Assembly: GCF_001194135.2 (NCBI RefSeq)
Contig: NC_068987.1
Span: forward strand, 3,287,008-3,351,007
Source: Octopus bimaculoides
Lineage: Eukaryota
DNA: 64,000 nucleotides
Reading direction: 5' to 3'
Both the position numbers and the translations under genes were made by a program. Shown here piece after piece: positions 47,042-57,715 of the stretch. The stretch's first letter is position 1; every line of letters starts with the position of its first letter. The notes beneath the pieces are model-generated. The model saw only the letters and a list, made by a program, of their open reading frames with translations, did no database searches and was not told where the DNA came from.

Positions 47042-47255
47042 GTGTGTATATGTTTGTGTGTGTCCCCAACATCACTTGACAACCAATGCTGGTGTGTTTA
47101 TGTCCCCATAAGTTAGCAGTTCGGCAAAAGAGACCGATAGAATAAGTACTAGGCTTACAAAGAATAAGTCCTGGGGTCGATTTGCTTGACTAAAGGCAGT
47201 GCTCCAGCATGGCCGCAGTCAACATGACTGAAACAAGTAAAAGAGTAAAAGAGTA
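46845..47255 (+). mobile_element. Full-length tRNA-derived SINE, family B
   Basis: tRNA-like head (A/B boxes), body, (TA/TG)n and tail ending gagtaaaagagtaaa, about 20 nt from the EGF6 donor. Confidence 0.85.
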
Positions 47256-47274
47256 AATATGTAATTAACATTAC

Positions 47275-47412
47275 CTTCATTGCAATGACCACCTTGGAAA
47301 CCTGGTTTGCAGCCTATTTTGCAATAACCATTATACCATTCACAGACGCTGTCAATGCAGTTGGGATTGCAAGTTTTATTACAGTCAGGTCCATATGTTC
47401 CAGCATAGCATT
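47275..47412 (-). CDS. EGF-like exon 6 (138 nt): ECYAGTYGPDCNKTCNPNCIDSVCEWYNGYCKIGCKPGFQGGHCNE
   Basis: 8-Cys module; acag|AA acceptor, G|gtaatg donor. Confidence 0.93.
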
Positions 47413-47630
47413 CTGTCGAAAAAACATTTAAGAAATTGTAACAAATTACACAAGTTATATGTAATACATCTAATATATTCTCGTTAGCTAAATAACACAT
47501 CATAACAGGTAAAGTAGAGTTAAGTAATTTCAAAGCAGAAACATAATAAAAAAAAATTTCTTTTAGGTACAAACGCAAAAAATTATTATTATTATTATTT
47601 TTATTACTAATATTATTACTATTATTATTA

Positions 47631-47758
47631 TTCAGGTCACTTCCTGGAATCGAACTTGGAATCTTGGGGTTAATAGCCCGTGCTCTTAACCACTACGCCA
47701 TATGCCCATGGGGATATGGCGTAGTGGTTAAAAAACGTAAATAATGTAAATAATGTAC
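47631..47758. mobile_element. Fold-back remnant of the tRNA-head/Penelope-tail composite
   Basis: Reverse head plus a 21-nt palindromic turn (47687-47730) and the aatgtaaataatgta tail remnant. Confidence 0.7.
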
Positions 47759-47893
47759 CTAGCATACAGCCACTTCTCTCTCTACTCTACTCACACTCAG
47801 TTTAAGGGTTAACTTTAATCCTGTGAGATAAGATGATGACTTCATCGGTGCCGGTGCCATGCAAAAAGCTAAAAGACAAAAGATACAACTTGC

Positions 47894-48034
47894 CTTCGTC
47901 ACATTTGTCTCCTCGGTGTCCCTGGATGCATCCTGACATGCACTTGCCTGTTATGCGGTCGCATTTTTGATTCTTACAATAATGGCTGCAACGTTTCTTG
48001 CAGCTAAATCCATAACGACTGGTTTCCGCACAAT
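47894..48034 (-). CDS. EGF-like exon 5 (141 nt): DCAETSRYGFSCKKRCSHYCKNQKCDRITGKCMSGCIQGHRGDKCDE
   Basis: 8-Cys module; ctgaag|AT acceptor; phase-1 donor is non-canonical GAAG|gcaagt. Confidence 0.88.
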
Positions 48035-49317
48035 CTTCAGAAGCAAAAGTAAAGAAAAAAAAAAGACATTCCATGAACTACTTTTAAACATTTAAATTTC
48101 AAGAAAAGAATTAAAAAAATTTGGCAAAATATTAAGAAATCAGTGAAAGTGACAAATTAGGAACTTGTCCCAACCCCCTCCAAAAATCAATAAAATGGAT
48201 ACAGATAACAAATTCTTGAATGAAATTTGTTTATTTTAATAATTGTTCAATATTAAAACTTTAAATGTATCTCTGAGTTTAGCCATTAAGCCTCACCAGC
48301 ATTTTGTTCGGTTGCTTTGTCTCATTAATTATTTCACTTAATTATTATTGATAAGTTTTTAAAAATTTTTCTGTAATTTCAGCTCAGAGCTGTGGCCATG
48401 CTGGAGCACCGCCGTTTAATAATTAAACAAGAACAGATGTTATAAATTTGCAAAATCTAGTCATTATCCTTCATTTCTAAAACATAAATCATGTATAATA
48501 ACGACTGAGTTCATTAAATTATCAGTTTTTTAAATTTTAAAAATTTATACTGTGTATTAATAGTGGTACATGATGCAGGTTGGGACAGTTACGCATGTAG
48601 CGTATATGGCGCACGATGTGGTTAAAGTGCTAAGTTAGGAAATCCAAAGTTATTTTAGCAATGTGTTTGTGGATAGTTAATGGGTTGGATGTAATACTGA
48701 CGAAAGAGCAAGAACTTTTGAAATAGGTATATACACCCAATGCCTATTTTTCTAGCTTTGATCGCATTGTTTGCATAGATGTATTCGTATATGAAACATT
48801 GTTTCTTTCAGTACTGGCTCTAAATTTTATAGACAATCTGTAGAGACACCCTTAAAAAAAATGTTAGCTGATGCCATTGAAGATTAGCTCATAACCACAC
48901 AGTTTGTTACTTGAGTGGATTCTTAACAATCGTAACTGAAAAGTATGGACGACGTATTTCTAAAGCATCTGGATCTTTTGTTATATTTCTTGCAGGGATG
49001 TTAAGGATTTGGCAGCAATAATATCACAAGTTGAATCTATTTTAAATATGTTCTATTCTTGTATTGTAGCAAAGTATTACACTCTTATGACTGTCTGGAA
49101 ACAACAGAGAAAGCCCAGGGTTACAATAAAAATCTCTTACCCAAGGTGTCGACAGTAGGATTGAACTTGAAACCACATGGTTTGGAAGTGAACATTTTCA
49201 TCATACAGCATTACCTAAGTCTGTATATGCCTGAATATTTATTTATTTAAAACATAGTCTTGCTTTGGAATAAGACTCAGAGGATATCCTTCAAAGTTAT
49301 TGGCATCATCTACTAAC

Positions 49318-49455
49318 CTTCTTGACAATCTTCTCCTTTCCAACCTGGCGCACACAAAGTGCGGCATCGGCCAGATTTCTTGTCACATGATTCACTTTTA
49401 TCCCGGCATCGGCAATCCTTTGTGCAATTAATTCCAAATTTAAAATCTTCACATG
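49318..49455 (-). CDS. EGF-like exon 4 (138 nt): ACEDFKFGINCTKDCRCRDKSESCDKKSGRCRTLCAPGWKGEDCQE
   Basis: 8-Cys module; tttacag|CA acceptor, G|gttagt donor. Confidence 0.93.
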
Positions 49456-50749
49456 CTGTAAAAACAATTCAAAAATAAAAACAATACATTAACAACATAA
49501 ATATATATATATATATATATATATTCTTTTATTCTTTCATTTCTACTTGTTTAAGTCATGCTGGAGCACCACCTTTAGTCAAACAAATAGACCCAGGACT
49601 TATTCTTTGTAAGCCTAGTACTTATACTATTGATCCCTTTTGCTGAACTTCTGGGGATGTAAACACAACAACATCAGTTGTCAAGTGATGGTGGTGGTGG
49701 TGGTGGGGAGTTAAAATAAGGACAGAACCAATTATTTCTTCCAATGGAAAGAAATTATAAGATTACACACACACTTTCTTTATAATTTAGGGGAAAAAGG
49801 ATGGAAATTAGTTTTAAGAATTTTCCCATCAGTTTTTCTTTTCATTTTGTATACACACTGTCAGTAGGCCAGTTATTGCAGTATTTGTCCTGAGGTAACT
49901 TCTCAGATGGACATGTTGTGTTAAAAACACAATAAATATCAGAGGCAGAAGAAAATTCATCCTAGCAACAACCAGCAAGAACACCAGATGCATTTGGGTC
50001 TTTTGCGGCCTTTACAATGGTGCATATTCACAGCCAGCCACATATTCAGATGAGAATCTGTTACTTCAGAAATAGGGAACAGTGACTAAGACATTCACTG
50101 ATGTGAATAGCTGTCTGGCTGAATACGAATCTGGTATACACAATTGAGGCAGTATTAAATCAAAATAGTTATCTATATATCATACTTAATGTATACACAC
50201 TGCCAATAGAATAGTCTAATTACTGCAGTATTTGTTCTACCAACTACATATTGTAATGTACCTAAAACATTCAGTAAAACTGGGAAAAATCAAAATTCTG
50301 AGTTCAAGATGTGTTAAGGCAAGTAGAATTCTTAAGCCCCAGTACAAAACTGGTACTTATTTCATCGACCCCGAAAGGATGAAAGACAAAGCTGACCTCA
50401 GTAACATGAACTCAGAATGTAAAGACGGACGAAGTGCCACTAAACATTTTGTCCAGCATGCTAACGAGACTGCCAGCTCACTGCCTTAATTTTGGAAATA
50501 ATTAAAAATCTATTAAAATAACTTTGTCATTATTAGTCAGGTGTTGGAACATAAATTAACATAAAATTTGGGACATAAATTAACATAAAATTTTGATAGA
50601 AGGCTTTAATTTCGATCCCTTTAAAATAGGGAATCTTTATCATAGAAGAAAGGGCAACCTCAGGCAAGTTGGTATCAAAAGGGTTAAGTTGTGCTGAATG
50701 AGATGAGAAATTACAATAAAGATATTTTTAAAAATTGGTAAAAGCTCAC

Positions 50750-50887
50750 CTTGCTGGCAATTTTCTCCAAGCCAACCTGCTGAACAACCACTCTTACACA
50801 CTCCAGTTATTTTATCACATCTTTCTTCTCTTTTTTTGCAGTGACATTTTTTAGAACACCTCTCTCCAAACCTGGTAAAATCACATT
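50750..50887 (-). CDS. EGF-like exon 3 (138 nt): ECDFTRFGERCSKKCHCKKREERCDKITGVCKSGCSAGWLGENCQQ
   Basis: 8-Cys module with C-x-C; ttcag|AA acceptor, G|gtgagc donor. Confidence 0.93.
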
Positions 50888-51413
50888 CTGAAGTAATAAA
50901 AGATAGTTTGTTTGTCTTTTTTTTTTAAAGATAAGAGAAATTATTCTAAAATTTAAACATTTCAAAATTCAAAAACATATTCTAAATCAAAATTAACTTT
51001 AACCCTTTAACATTTAAGACTGCCAAATCTGGCCCCAAACATTCAACCATTTTATGTTCAAATGCTCAGACACCTAACACAATATATAGCAAAAGCAACT
51101 TTTTGCTTAATACAAATGAAAATGGAATAATATATCAGGTAGTGTTTGGAAATTTTGAAGGAATCGTTTTAATGAAAATTATATCTGGGAACAAAGAATC
51201 ACAGAAAAAAAAAAGCCCTCAGTGATTTAGAATTCATACATTTGAAACGACTTGCCATTAAGCCTGCAACTACAAACAGAACAAGCTGGATTCAATAAAA
51301 AGAATACATGTGACTAAAGATTAAAGACAATACAAATACTGAAAAGAAAAAAATAAACAAATAATCAATCATATTAATCATAATTTGTAATAGATTGGTA
51401 AGTTGATCGTTAC

Positions 51414-51551
51414 CTTCATTACACTTCTTTCCCTGGAATCCTGGTTTACATCCAGAGTGACAACTACCATTATTTGAAAAGCAGCCTGGTATTATACACA
51501 TAGGACTACATGTCTTAGTGCATCCTTTACCATATTTTCCATCGGGGCATG
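51414..51551 (-). CDS. EGF-like exon 2 (138 nt): ACPDGKYGKGCTKTCSPMCIIPGCFSNNGSCHSGCKPGFQGKKCNE
   Basis: 8-Cys module; gtag|CA acceptor, G|gtaacg donor. Confidence 0.92.
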
Positions 51552-52159
51552 CTACAACACGAAAATAAGGGAGTGATTTACATTTTTTTTTTACCTCAGT
51601 GAGAAATGTAACATGTAGATAAGGATTAATGGATTGTGGCTGCAGGTTAATGAGGAGAAAGACTTGAGCAAATGACAGGTAGGAGAAAGACAATATTTAA
51701 GGAGCAGAGGTCACTGTAGTAGCTATAGAAAAAGCAGTGAGAGGGGGCAACATGTTTGTTGGGCAGAGGTTTAGTGTGTCTGTCAGGGACTTTATGCAAA
51801 TTAGTTGAATGGCCTTCCTTTGGGTGAAGTCTAGAATGTCTATATATATATGTGTATAGCATCAGCAGCAACATCCCAGATGTGGGAGCAGTATTCCCCT
51901 TGTGGACCTCACTTGAATTTCATAAAGGATCAGTAGTTGTTGGCCCCGAAGAGGAATGCCAATCTTTGTGATAAAGCCTATAAGTTGAGGATATGGATTT
52001 GGCAGGAAGATAACCAGTAATGGTGAAACCTAGCATGTGTAGTGACCTTGGAGTTCTTAGTGGGATGTTGTTCATATATAGCTGGGGTGAAAGACAGGTA
52101 ATGAGGGGAAAGACAGGTAATGTTCTATGTGTCGAGAATGTGTCTTTGTGCTGCATGAG

Positions 52160-52480
52160 GGCGCATGACTAAGTGGTTAGGGCATGCTGGCATGGGTTGG
52201 ATGGTTCGACTGGGGTCTGGAAAGCCAGAAGGCTGTACCAGGCTCCAATCTGATCTGGCAGAGTTTCTACAGTTGGATGCCCTCCCTAACACCAACCACT
52301 CTGAGAGTGTAGTGGGTGCTTTTCTTATGTGCCACCAGCACAGGAGCCAGAGGGGGCTGGCATCGATCACAATTGGATGGTGCTTTTCATGTGCCACCGG
52401 CATGGAAGCCAGTCAAGGCGGCGCTGGCATCAGCCACATTCGGATGGTGCTTTTTACATGCCACCGGCACAGGGATCACA
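52160..52480 (-). mobile_element. Family C retroposon with two internal units
   Basis: Reverse complement of 33650-33960. Confidence 0.8.
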
Positions 52481-53490
52481 TCTACAATTTCCATTTGATT
52501 GTGATTTGATTTGATTTTGATGTACTTGACTCAATAAGTCTCCTCAAGCATGGCATGTCGCCCTACGATCCAAGCTACTTTTTGAGTGGGCTGGTTATGC
52601 GACACTGGTGTAGGTTACAGCTGTGAACTCACTTTATTTGATAAATAGGTAATACAAGTGAATAATGAGAGTTAGATACAAAAATATTGTATACTGTAAG
52701 TGGAGGGTTCTTGAGAGGGAGAAAAAATTACTCTTGGAAGGAAAGAATAAGGTCAGATCTTGGAATATGAGAAAAGAAGGAAAGGATTGGCAATAAGCTA
52801 TATGTCAAACTCGTCAATCGCATGTCAACATGGAAAAATGGACATTAAAATAATGGTTATGATAATGATGAGTTTTAATGAATTCTTTGCCACAAATAAT
52901 TACAAAATATTGATTACATTTGAATTCTTGTTGCATCTCTTAATATGAGAAGGAAGGAATGTATAGCCTTAAGGCAGAACTGATTGATTTACTGGTGTAA
53001 TAGATTGAAGAGAACTGCTATTTCTAAAAATATAAAATTTCAAAAAAAAAAACCAACCTTACGAAGCAGCTCCAGGTTCAAGAAAATGAGAATAGTAACA
53101 AAATATCAAATGACTCTAAACTAGTTTGATTGTCATGTTACAGAAAAGGATGATACAGTGGAAATGTTTTATCAAATTTCAGGACAAAAGAATGTAAATT
53201 TGAAAATGTTTAAAGCAAAAGGGAAGAAGTGAGAAAAGAATGTTTCATTTATTTTATGACTGTTATGTTTGTCTTCCACCTTAACAGCTTGGTATTACAC
53301 CATTCCTTGCTTTACAAAAAAGAGAAAATTCTATAGAATTACTTCTCACGAGTCCAGTTGATATCTGGTTATTTTATGTAAAAAGCCGTAATGTAGGTTG
53401 AATGGTTGAACATTAAATCAATAAAAAAAGAAAGGTAGAAAGGAATGAGGTGGAGAAATGTTTTAAATATAAATATACAATATCAACAAA

Positions 53491-53682
53491 GAAAAAATGG
53501 ACTAATATCTGTTGTAATTTGGTTATCTATAGTCCGATGATATTTCGGAATTACAATTCCTTCTTCAGATCTTCTTAGATGGAGTCTCTGCTATAAACTG
53601 TTTTCCAATGGTTTTCTTTTTTTCCAAAATATCATCGGACTATAGATAACCAAATTACAACAGGTATATAGTCCATTTTTTG
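53491..53682. mobile_element. Penelope-type fold-back element, approx. 60-bp arms 53491-53550 / 53622-53682
   Basis: aaaaaatggactaatatctgttgtaatttggttatctatagtccgatgatatttcggaa versus ttccaaaatatcatcggactatagataaccaaattacaacaggtatatagtccattttt. Confidence 0.8.
53536..53571 (-). ncRNA. Minimal type-I hammerhead motif, sense to the receptor intron after EGF exon 1
   Basis: GAU-CUGAAGA-A-GGAAU(ugua)AUUCC-GAAA-UAU-C-AUC; palindromic AUAU helix III, AUC triplet, only 3-bp helix I. Confidence 0.62.
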
Positions 53683-53838
53683 TTTTATAGTGCATTGTTG
53701 TATCATTCTAAACTTTTTATTCTTTACAAACAACACACAATGCTTCAAGCAAATTACAATACTCTCCTATCAACAAAGAAGTTTTGTTTAAAACTCATTC
53801 ACGTATAATGAATTTTTGAAAGAACAAAGTCAACCTAC

Positions 53839-53979
53839 TTTGGTCGCATTTCTTCCCCCTGTACCCTGGCAGGCATCCTTCTGAACAATCTCCAGTATAT
53901 TCATCACATTTTCCTTTGTTACAGCTTTGTGGACAATCTTCGAGGCAATCAGGAGGTAGATAAGTTCCAATTGGACATT
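53839..53979 (-). CDS. EGF-like exon 1 (141 nt, phase 1-1): ECPIGTYLPPDCLEDCPQSCNKGKCDEYTGDCSEGCLPGYRGKKCDQ
   Basis: 8 Cys in laminin/MEGF10 spacing; acag|AATGT acceptor, A|gtaggt donor; absent from the ORF track. Confidence 0.9.
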
Positions 53980-54162
53980 CTGTATCTGTTAATTAAATCA
54001 GTTCATCGTTATGTAGACTATAATTTTAACAACTGTTTCTGAAATGAAACTTAAAAATTCATATTACATTATAAGACAGATTTTTGTTGTACTTTGGGAG
54101 GGTCAAATACACACACACTGGTTCTATTTTACTTTGTTTATTATTATTATTAGTCTATTGGA

Positions 54163-54380
54163 TAACCCTTTAGCATTCCAACCAGCACAAATATTCTACC
54201 TGTTTTATGTTCAAATTGGCCAGATGCAACCTCTCACACCTACCCGTCATTGTCATTCTAAAAATAAATAATCACATCATTGAAATCTTGAAGCTAGGAG
54301 AGAGTGCATTGATTAGTTTTTAAAAATGTGGATAAATAAGTATTACATTTGATAAATTAATCTGAATGCTAAAGGGTTAA
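54163..54380. mobile_element. piggyBac-like MITE, family 1, flanked by additional inverted arms (54074-54163 / 54381-54482)
   Basis: ataaccctttagcatt...aatgctaaagggttaa; outer arms are reverse-complementary. Confidence 0.72.
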
Positions 54381-54959
54381 TAATTAATCTATCGACTGAT
54401 AATAATAAAGAAGTGAAACAGAACCAGCGCATAAGTTTATTATTGGCATAATGACCCTCCCAAGATACAACAAAATCTGTTTCAACACATGGCTTCATAT
54501 CAAGAATCTTGCAAACCAAATACAAAAGCAAAATATTCTAAGACATAGTTGTTGATAATGATGTCAGCAATGTTTGGTGGATTGGAAAAACTTATTGTTC
54601 AGAGATAAAATAAAATATGGCATTGTTCTGCTAAACATAGATCTTCAGGAATTTTTTTAAAGAGAGCACTTAGTCGAGAGCTCATTATGTCATTTTGGGG
54701 TCATCCTTACCACTTTTTTTTTTATATGAATACATGCTTAACAAGTAATGTGTTATTTTCTCTTGATTTCTTTAAATGGTTTTCAAGCCTTGAAGGCTTC
54801 TTCCTCCTAGATACATGGGACTGATGTGGTACAGGTTCAGCTCAAACATCTGTGGAACATTATGTGAAAGAAAAACACAGGCTGGAGCATATTTTAAAAA
54901 TGTATTGCTCTGAAGGAAATGACTGTACAAAGTGTTCAATGCAGGAACTGGGGTGCACC

Positions 54960-55098
54960 AGCATAGCTGGGGAGGGAGGGTTCTTTCACTCGTTGGTCAC
55001 ATATAACTCATAAACAAACTTGACAAAATGCATTCATCACAAAAATAGAAAAATCACAAAAATTAACAAGGGTATGAATAATTTTGAGGACAACTGTA
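54960..55098. mobile_element. Possible Tc1-like terminus
   Basis: Ends aataattttgaggacaactg-TA, resembling a Tc1 TIR plus TA target; internal homology weak. Confidence 0.35.
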
Positions 55099-55106
55099 TG
55101 TGTGTG

Positions 55107-55172
<66 letters not shown>

Positions 55173-56071
55173 CATTTACATACCATACTTAAACATACAC
55201 ACACACACATACATGTATACATACACACTACTCTTTCTGATCATTACTGTTTTGTTTGAAGCTGTTCTAGAAATGCCCATCCCACTTGATTCATGATATT
55301 TAGTTACTGCTTTATTTACTCAACCAAACAACTGCCTGAATGTATGGACTAATTAATAAGTCCCCCTTCAAAATTACTCCTATCAAATAGTGCTCAATAT
55401 TTTTCGTCCTCTCTGCCTCTTTAACCTTTCTTTTATTTGCGGGTCAAAGTGGATGCTTCCTCACTACAAAAATATTGGATCCTCTCACCAAATTGTCTGT
55501 ATCTACATAAAGGGGAATTCACCCAAGCTCCTTTATATTAACCTTTAGCACACTGAAGGCAAATCCTGTCACCATACAAGTTTTCTTCCCCATAGCTGCA
55601 GGTACAGTGTGTCGCATCAAGAGGGGAGAAAACTCATACAGTAACATGATTCACCTTCAACATGCTAAAGGTTAAATTATTCATTTGGCCATGAAGAAAT
55701 GACTGTGGGTTATAATGATTTACTATTACATAATCATCAAGACAGAAAGCTGGCAGAATCATTAGCAAAATGCTTAGTGGCATTTCGTCTATTTTTACAT
55801 TCTGAGTTCAAATTCCACTGAGGTTGACCTTGTCTTTAATTCCTTTGGGGATTGATAAATGAAGTACCAGTTGAGTACTGGGGTCGATGTAATCCACTCG
55901 CCCCCTCCACCAAAATTACACAAACATTGTTGATATTCATGTTTTCTATATTGTTAAATGATTTGTCTGACCTATATCATATTGAGACAATTGTAACCAA
56001 AGAATAAATGTGATACCAGTAGCTCTGTTTTTTTTTTACTTGTTATTTAATACTCTGTGGTTAATGAAAAC

Positions 56072-56172
56072 CTCCTGGATTTGCAGTTTGCATCAAACAC
56101 TTCTCTTCTACGGAACAACTAGCGTTTGCAGCAGGAGTACTGACTTGGGTTCTGGGATAACTACCGAGATTT
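56072..56172 (-). CDS. Tentative second exon (phase 2-1): NLGSYPRTQVSTPAANASCSVEEKCLMQTANPG
   Basis: Phases bridge the tentative exon 1 (phase 2) and EGF exon 1 (phase 1) in frame, but both splice sites are weak. Confidence 0.2.
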
Positions 56173-56256
56173 CTGAATCCTTTTACAATAGCTATGTATG
56201 TTTACACACACACACACACACACACACACAGATTTATACACTTATACATATAAAGG

Positions 56257-56339
<83 letters not shown>

Positions 56340-56380
56340 CACACATTCATATGCATGTACATTTACATATATAGACACAC

Positions 56381-56441
<61 letters not shown>

Positions 56442-57124
56442 TGTATACAACAAGAAATAATATTTGTCTCTTCTAATAGAAACAAAAAGGTTTATAGGAC
56501 TGTAAAAGAAGTGCTCAAATATACATATATATACATATATGTATGTGTGCGTGTGTGTGTGTATATACACACACACACATACACACATGTACTTATATAC
56601 ATATTCACACACACACACACACACAGATCATATATATACACACACAAATATATATCCTTGATGTTTGCATCCCTAGAGAATATCGCTTTTCAGGAAACCC
56701 AATTCTATCCAGGGAATTGTAGACAATAGCTCCAAGAGCTGCATGCCACTCACAAGAGAGAGTCTTGCCAATGGCGTTAAATAGAAATTGCATTTCTAAA
56801 TATCAAAGTATATAACAAGCTGATCAGGATGGATGTACATGGTTACGTGACCTGCTAGAAATAGCAACTAAACTTCAACTGGGCACTTTCTCTGTTGGCC
56901 ACTGTAGCTGAACCCCTAAGCTACAGGGGCATAAAGAAAGCAGTCACAAGAGACAAACACAAAGATACACACACACAGACATACACGCGCACACACATGC
57001 ACACATACACACACACACATCTATTCATCTATGTATCTATACATATAGATATGTGTGTGCATGCGTATATATGTATGTATGTATGTATGTGTGTATGTAT
57101 GTATGTGTGTATGTATGTATATAT

Positions 57125-57284
57125 GGGCGCAGGAGTGGCTGCGTGGTAAGAAGCTTGCTTCCCAACCACATGGTTCTGGGTTCAGTCCCACAGCATGGCA
57201 CATTGGGCAAGTGTTTTTTGCTATAGCCTCGGGCTGACCAAAGCTTTTTGAGTGGATTTGGTAGACAGAAACTGAAAGAAGCCC

Positions 57285-57318
<34 letters not shown>

Positions 57319-57715
57319 TCCTCCCCAGTATTGCTTTACAACCGATGTTGGTGTGTTTACGTACCTATAACTTAGCAGTTTGGCAAGTGTGACTGATAGA
57401 ATAAGTACTAGGCTCACAAAGAATAAGTCCTGGGGTCAATTTGTTTGACTAAAGGTGGTGCTCCAGCATGGCCACAGGCAAATGACTGAAGCAAGTAAAA
57501 GAAAAAGAAAGAAATATACATACATATACATATATATTTGCACATATGTATATAACAGGCTTCCATACAGTTTCCATGTACTAAATTCACTCAGAATGCA
57601 TTGGTCAACCCCAGGCTCTAGCAGAAGATACTTGCCCAAAATGCTGTACAGTGGTATTGAACCCCAAACCACATGGTTGCAGAGTAAGCTTCTTATTCAT
57701 AAAGCCATGCCTGTG
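57125..57715. mobile_element. Inverted pair of SINE family B copies (57125-57510 +; 57555-57715 -)
   Basis: Head and body of the second copy are the reverse complement of the first. Confidence 0.75.

Larger units (their letters stand above)
28346..53979 (-). other. Gene span (identified coding exons): EGF-repeat single-pass receptor tyrosine pseudokinase, Tie/RET/FGFR-like kinase domain
   Basis: 16 exons hand-spliced with AG acceptors and GT donors (one GC), consistent phases and no in-frame stop over 2191 nt; order 9xEGF - TM - kinase. Confidence 0.93.
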
